Origin: Macrostomum lignano
Lineage: Eukaryota
Direction: 5' to 3'
NCBI GenBank assembly: GCA_002269645.1
Contig: NIVC01003501.1
Span: 1 to 64,000 of the forward strand
DNA: 64,000 nt
A program made the translations under genes and the position numbers. The notes under the pieces were generated by a model that was not told the DNA's origin, did not search any database, and saw nothing but the letters and a program-made list of their open reading frames with translations. Below are positions 58,249-64,000 of this stretch, piece after piece (within the stretch, counting starts at the first letter, position 1; each line of letters begins with the position of its first letter).

Positions 58249-59148
58249 CCTGCATTCCATTGTAGAAAGCTTATTAATTTGATTAATAAACTTGAGCACA
58301 GACTATGTGTTAAGCTGTCTCATATACCTAATGCAGGTGTTTAAATAATGTTTGAAAACTTATCTAACGAATTCAGTACTGTTTGCTGTAAATTTTTAAA
58401 TTGTATGCCGACTTCAAAACATGTTCTCTTTAAAGTAATTTTCTATTGTTTATTCATTCAACCCATGCTTTCGTAATTATTCCATTGTAATAACTTTGTA
58501 TTATCGTCGTGACCTGCTGTTTGTGCCTGTATTAATTATAATTGAGCCCAATCTGCTGGGTCAGACGCCACCCCGCTTTTTGTTTGTTTATTTATCGTAA
58601 AAATACTGAAAGTGAAATGACGCTCACAAGAAGTTGTTGACCGAATTTGTCTATGGCAAAACCCTTTCAGTGCTATGCGTTCTCTACATACTCGTACGTT
58701 CCTGACGGGCCTCCATGCAGGAAATTTCTAAGAATATCCAGTTTAGCGTCATTCTTTGTCAGTTGTCCATGAACTTATCGTACTGTGATGGTCTTAGCTC
58801 CAGTGGAAATGCAAGGTTTTGCACGAAAAATACACTGAACACATTAGCACACAGCCCTTGGATGGGCACCGCCTGCTATATTTCTATTGTCTACTACTGA
58901 AAGTAGCTGCCGTAAGATTTTAACTGCTAAATTCTATCTCAATTTCCGGTAAATAGGATAGGATCTCATTAATATTAATAATAAGTAGATTGCTACTATA
59001 AAAACGAAGCTTCTAGCAGGAAGAGAAGTAAATGCAAATAACAAACACAAAAGTTTTTGTTTTAATCAGTGCCTCCGATCAAACGCCAAACAAGTCTTGA
59101 TCGCGTTTGTTTATTTAGCACTGGACAGTTCGGGTTAATCGAACTATT

Positions 59149-59436
59149 TTACAGCTTGATGCAGCTGATGATCTGGATGGCGCTGCCGCCGCACTTGCTG
59201 GCCAGGCAGGTGGCCAGCTTGGTGATGTTGGTGCCGCCGGAGAAGAAGCAGGTGATCAGGTTGGAGATCAGGCAGGTCGCGGAGCTGATGCCGTTCTGCT
59301 TCAGGCAGTTGGTGTCGATGCTCAGCACGGGCACGACCTCGTGAATGATGTCGTTAATGACCTCATTCTTCTGCTCAGGGGTGTAGGAGGCGGCGGCGAA
59401 GGCCACGAGAGCGAACAGGCAGGCGAGCTTGTACAT
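59149..59436 (-). CDS. Small secreted Cys-rich protein, 95 aa, intronless
   Basis: Signal peptide MYKLACLFALVAFAAA; 6 Cys in the mature part (C-10-C-7-C-13-C-4-C-9-C); GC3-rich codons; TATAAATA about 90 nt upstream of the ATG. Confidence 0.8.
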   Translation of the reverse strand: MYKLACLFALVAFAAASYTPEQKNEVINDIIHEVVPVLSIDTNCLKQNGISSATCLISNLITCFFSGGTNITKLATCLASKCGGSAIQIISCIKL

Positions 59437-60002
59437 GGCTGTGCTGTTGTGTGCTTTGGCGCTGATGTGGAAGGCTTGTTCTAGTTAGCTGATGAATATG
59501 GTTTTGACTCCGCCAGCCGTGCCTTTATTTATAATACCGCTGTGCCGCTGCAGGTGACGCTGTCTCGGACACTCCTGCTTCGCCCACGGCCCTGTCAAAC
59601 TTGTCAATTAATTAGTTGTCCGAGGTCACCTGGCTGCGTACTCTGGCATGCAGTGCAGATTTTCCTTAGTTTTTAGGCTACTAAATTGTGTAGAGTTCAT
59701 AACAGTTCGTGGGACACTGGCATGTGCGAGGCGTCAAAGAGGTTTAGTTGTCAGCGCGGGTGTGACTTGTCAACTTGATTTTCTGATATTTTTGGATTCT
59801 AGCATGGAAAATTTGTCACCTACTACAAAGTCAAAAACTTGTTTGACAAGTCATTTTCTGTTCGTGACCTTCTCTTCTCAGTTGGTAAACTCTATGATTT
59901 TCTGAATATTTCAATTTAGCTAGGCTCGTAATATGGAAGAAACTGCATGCATGAATGCGGACCAGGATCGTACATTTATGTATTGGCGCAAGTTTAAGTA
60001 AT

Positions 60003-60292
60003 AATTTATTACACCTGCCTTAATGGGAAGATGTGCAACCGACAGCTCAGCCGCAGCTATTGCGTGGCGCATCTGAAGGCTGCGTACGGCTGTTCAGTCC
60101 AAGGACTGGGGGGTCGCCACACACAGCCTCAATTACCACAGCTAATGCTGGCACCAATTTTACAGCTGGGTGAACTGAAGCAATGCAGAGTCAAGTGTCT
60201 TGCTCAAGGACACAAACTGCACGTTCCGATTGGGTCGAGAATCGAACCCCCGACCTTTCAGTCGTGAGTCCGACGCTCTATTAACTACTACC
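60003..60292 (-). mobile_element. SINE family B, copy 5
   Basis: Reverse-complement match including B-box GGTTCGATTCTC. Confidence 0.9.
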
Positions 60293-60693
60293 GCTACACC
60301 TCTTTAATGGTTAAGGATATAGGTATTATGGCTCGTACTGGAGCCTCGTAATGAAAAGTTGTAGTCTTTACGTATAAATCTTAGTCACAACAAGGACCAC
60401 TTAGAAACTTAATTACGTACTTCTTAAAATGAATTGTCCTTATGAGTTGAGCCCCTGCTGACTAAGCTCTAGTCATATTTTTGGAAGTTCCTTGTTAAGC
60501 GTGTAGGCAATGTATCCTGAATAGGAGTATAGGATATAGATGATATAGAAATATAGTGTAGATATAGTTTAACGTCGGCACCTGATGTACAAAAACTACA
60601 CCAATTTGTGTACAAGTCTGCATATCACATCAATTTTGTCTTTCGTCTGATGGCGGTATGAACGAGCCTAAAGTTATTAATTGACAAGCGTCA

Positions 60694-63672
60694 TCAGTCC
60701 TCAGCTTCCCCAGCATCCGCTGTTTCCTCCGCTTCTTCCGCCGCCTGAGGCTTCGTATCCGCCTCGGAAATTTCATCTTCACAGACAGTCCGCCTTCGCT
60801 GCAGCATCCGCCGCTTCCGCTGCAGCTGGCGGGTCAGCTCGTCTCCCGCTGCTTGCGGCTGGCTGGCCTTCCGCTGCCTCTTCACTGAGCCGGAGTTTGG
60901 CGGAGTCGAACCCAGCTGCGGCTGCGCCAGAGCAAAGCAGGCCAGCGCATTCTCTTCGTCATCCTCATCTTCGCAGCCGTAGCGCCGTCTCAGGTAGACT
61001 TCCCACAGACGGGCGACAATCTCCGTGCAGATAACGTCGCCGGAGTTGAGTGCAATCATCTTCAGCAGAAAGGTGCCGTCGTGCCGGAGAAAGTCTCTGA
61101 TGAAGCGGCTGATGTCGCGCTTGTCAACTGCGGGCGATCGGTCGGCCAGTTTAAGGTAGCTGCGCACGAACTGGGATCGCTTGCGGAACAGCAGGATGCG
61201 GGCGACCCAAACTGGCAGGCTTAGCGCAGTTAGCGAGGCCGTAGTGATCACCCAGAACCACAGGAAGATGTAGATCTTCTCGTTGATCATGTTGATGGGC
61301 AGGGTGCACTGGGAGTAGACGTAGTTGCCGCCAGCCGGTGCTCTGTAGAACACCGCGCACACGCCGACGCGAGGGAAAATCATCGTCTGAGTCCAGTCAC
61401 GGCCGTGGCGCAGGTTCTGCAGTACAGCGGCGCCGAATGCGAAATAGCTGGCGTTGAAACCCAGGAAAGAGTGCATCAAGTAGAGCTGGCCCACCGCGTT
61501 TCCAATGTAGCACATTTTGATGATAAAGTAAGTGAAAATCAACCAGTTACCAAGCCGTTGCGATGGCAACAGTCGGCGGAAACTGCCACGTAAGCGCTCT
61601 GTGGTTGTCAATTTCTGAAAGGAATATAGGGTAAGAGAAGACCTGGACAACATCTTGAAATATCCTAAAAAAGCTCCCTGAAGGAAATATAAGGGGATAG
61701 GAAGGTACCTCGGGTGCCTTTCATACTGAGAAATTTCACGCTTAAATTTGTTGCGCGTTCGCGTACATTCGTGTATTTTTTTTTTTTAGAGGCAGGGGGG
61801 TTGTGTGCACCCTGGCGCATTTTAAGCGACATAGGCACACAACCGGCGAGAGGCATTACTGCCCATTCCGCCGACTCCCCTGAGCAGGCACACAAGCGCG
61901 CGATACGTACGCAGGCACACACTCACACAGGAGTGTACAGCGGCCCTAACTTTTTTTTTATATTATCATTAGGCATGTACACTTCACTGCGCCTTGGGGG
62001 GTTGGCTGTCAAGGCCGTTAATTGCACGAGCAGAGCCAAGCCGAGATTCCAATTCAGCCCCAAATTAATGTGGCTGCACTTGGAATCGAGCCTGGGTCGC
62101 TGGCACACCAGAGCAGCTGCGCTACCGCTGGGCTACAGCCCCCCCGTACATTCGTGTAGTGGGTGAAGACATTCGTGTAGTGGGTGAAGACATTCGTGTA
62201 GTGGGTGAAGACATTCGTGTAGTGGGTGAAGACATTCGTGTAGTGGGTGAAGACATTCATGTAGTGGGTGAAGACATTCGTGTAGTGGGTGAAGACATTC
62301 GTGTAGTGGGTGAAGACATTCGTGTAGTGGGTGAAGACATTCGTGTAGTGGGTGAAGACATTCGTGTAGTGGGTGAAGACATTCGTGTAGTGGGTGAAGA
62401 CATTCGTGTAGTGGGTGAAGACATTCATGTAGTGGGTGAAGACATTCGTGTAGTGGGTGAAGACATTCGTGTAGTGGGTGAAGACATTCGTGTAGTGGGT
62501 GAAGTGTAATTTCAGGCGAAGCACTCTTTCTATTTGCTTTGTGTAGCTTAACTTTCTATCCAAGGATGATTGATTTTTTATCTTCGGTAAGTCAAACTAG
62601 GCAATTAAAAAGTCGCAAAATATTAATTTATATTTGATCTATCATTTATTATCCATGATAACAAAAGATTGCCTCACCCCATGTGGTCCACTACTGCAAC
62701 GGTGCTTCTTGTTGTGCTGAAAAAGCAACTGCTCCAGCCTTCTACAGACGTGCTGCACCAGCTTTGCATGCTTCTCGCCATCGGCAGTCACAGCGTCGTT
62801 AGCCGTCCGAATAATGTGACCGATGTCCGTGCCCGCCCTGTTGTAGCTCATCATGCCCCAGAGTACTCTGGGCAGGTAGAACATCAGCGACTGCAGGCCC
62901 AGCACGAATGGCACCCACTGGTAGTAGACAATGCGGCGGTCTCTGTACACCCCGATCGGGTCCGGCTGGCTGTTGTCGATATGAAACTCGGCGATGGGGA
63001 CGGCGAACGTTCCTTGGGTAGCGGCGGGTGAACAAGAAGGGGGGGGCATCAGCGACTGTGGCTTACGCAAAAAAAGTTTATCAATATACTCGTATTTTGC
63101 GTGTACATGTACCTATTTTAAGTCAAACGATGCCCAATAGGTCCAATTTTGGTGATTTTAGTTCGGCTGATGATAATTGACGTTTTGTGTACCATTACCA
63201 ATGTAACATGGGCAAAATTGGCGTATCTTTTAAGGAATATGTTGTAGATCAGGTTCCCTAATATGTAGCTAATGTATTGCAATAAAAATTTGGACGTGTC
63301 CAGTATGTTTTTTAGGTCACGTGGACATCCCTGCGACCTAGAAAAATACAAGCAATTGCTTCCGCACTGTCAGCGGTCGCTGCTCAGACAGTTTCAAAAA
63401 CAAACAAATGCCAGACGTTCCCAAATCAACTCACCTTCCGTCCAGCAATAATTGTTAACGTACTGTTCTTGACCGCTGTGGGCTCCAACCTCGTTCGGTA
63501 TGTAGCAGGCTACAGGCGACAGCACGTAGGTCTTTAGTGTCACCGTGGTGCAGCAGACCAGCAGCAGAATGACGGTCACTTCAAAGTTGAGCCGATCGGA
63601 GAAGTCTTCCACCCCGGCGTAGGTGACCTGCTGCAGTTTGTTGAACTTGTCGAATATCTCGGCTGCAGCCAT
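60694..63672 (-). CDS. inx: Innexin (invertebrate gap-junction/pannexin family), 497 aa, exons 63672-63435, 63012-62678, 61614-60694
   Basis: EDFSDRLN, PVAC.IP, YVNNYCW, YYQWVPFVLGLQSLMFYLPR, FPRVGVC, QCTLPINMINEKIYIFLWFW, FLRHDGTFLL; four TM segments; GT-AG with consistent phases; 1494 nt open. Confidence 0.96.
61776..62145 (-). mobile_element. SINE family A, copy 3, in innexin intron 2
   Basis: A-box TAGCCCAGCGG, B-box GGCTCGATTCC, poly(A) tail at 61776-61787. Confidence 0.88.
62148..62505. repeat. Minisatellite, 21-bp unit ACATTCGTGTAGTGGGTGAAG, 17 copies, abutting the SINE head
   Basis: Direct reading. Confidence 0.97.
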
Positions 63673-64000
63673 GCTGCACGAACTCCGAGCATGCGTCTGG
63701 GGAAAATGCTCTCCTCTCTGTCTGTGTGCGCCTTCCTCTTTCCTTTCGCCTTGAACCCAGCTTATAGCTAGTATTGATACAACGGCTTGGGAAGTCCACC
63801 CGAAGCAATTCCTTTCCTTCCCCAGAAACTCCCGTCGCGTTTTGCTCGTTTGCTGCTCCGTGCAACGGTCGCTGGCGTGGGGAAGAGATCAGGCGCAGAG
63901 ATACACGCCCTTCCCAGCTGATGATCCCATTCTGGGACTATTTCTGGACGTACTTGCTTACCCCCCGCATGTTTGTCAGCGAGTTCGCACTGCGGTGGCC

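Overview
Metazoan genomic DNA, not prokaryotic: spliced genes with GT-AG introns, an innexin, SINEs, a LINE and an LTR element. GC-rich exons, intron-filling minisatellites and sporadic 1-nt indels suggest a long-read assembly of a flatworm such as Macrostomum (inference, not verified). Genes reconstructed by eye: castor/CASZ1-type zinc-finger gene (-, partial, frameshifted), secreted LamG-like protein (-), complete 7-exon LRRC23 (+), DDAH-like probable pseudoenzyme (-), Rab-like GTPase with Q->V in G3 (-), ankyrin-repeat gene (+), orphan 4-exon gene (+), BBIP1 (+), small secreted Cys-rich protein (-) and a 3-exon innexin (-). Mobile DNA: two tRNA-derived SINE families (3 and 5 copies), hAT-type elements with 8-bp TSDs, a MULE-like element with a 10-bp TSD, and a gag-protease-only Gypsy element interrupted by a full-length 5,849-bp RNase H-bearing non-LTR retrotransposon (13-bp TSD). 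Top finding: the first nucleotide of that LINE, fixed independently by its TSD, is G1 of a complete HDV-like self-cleaving ribozyme fold (P1, P1.1, P2, P3, P4, catalytic C) with a 189-nt J1/2 insert. About 18 micro/minisatellite arrays cover roughly a quarter of the window and generate most of the long ORFs in the track, which are spurious.
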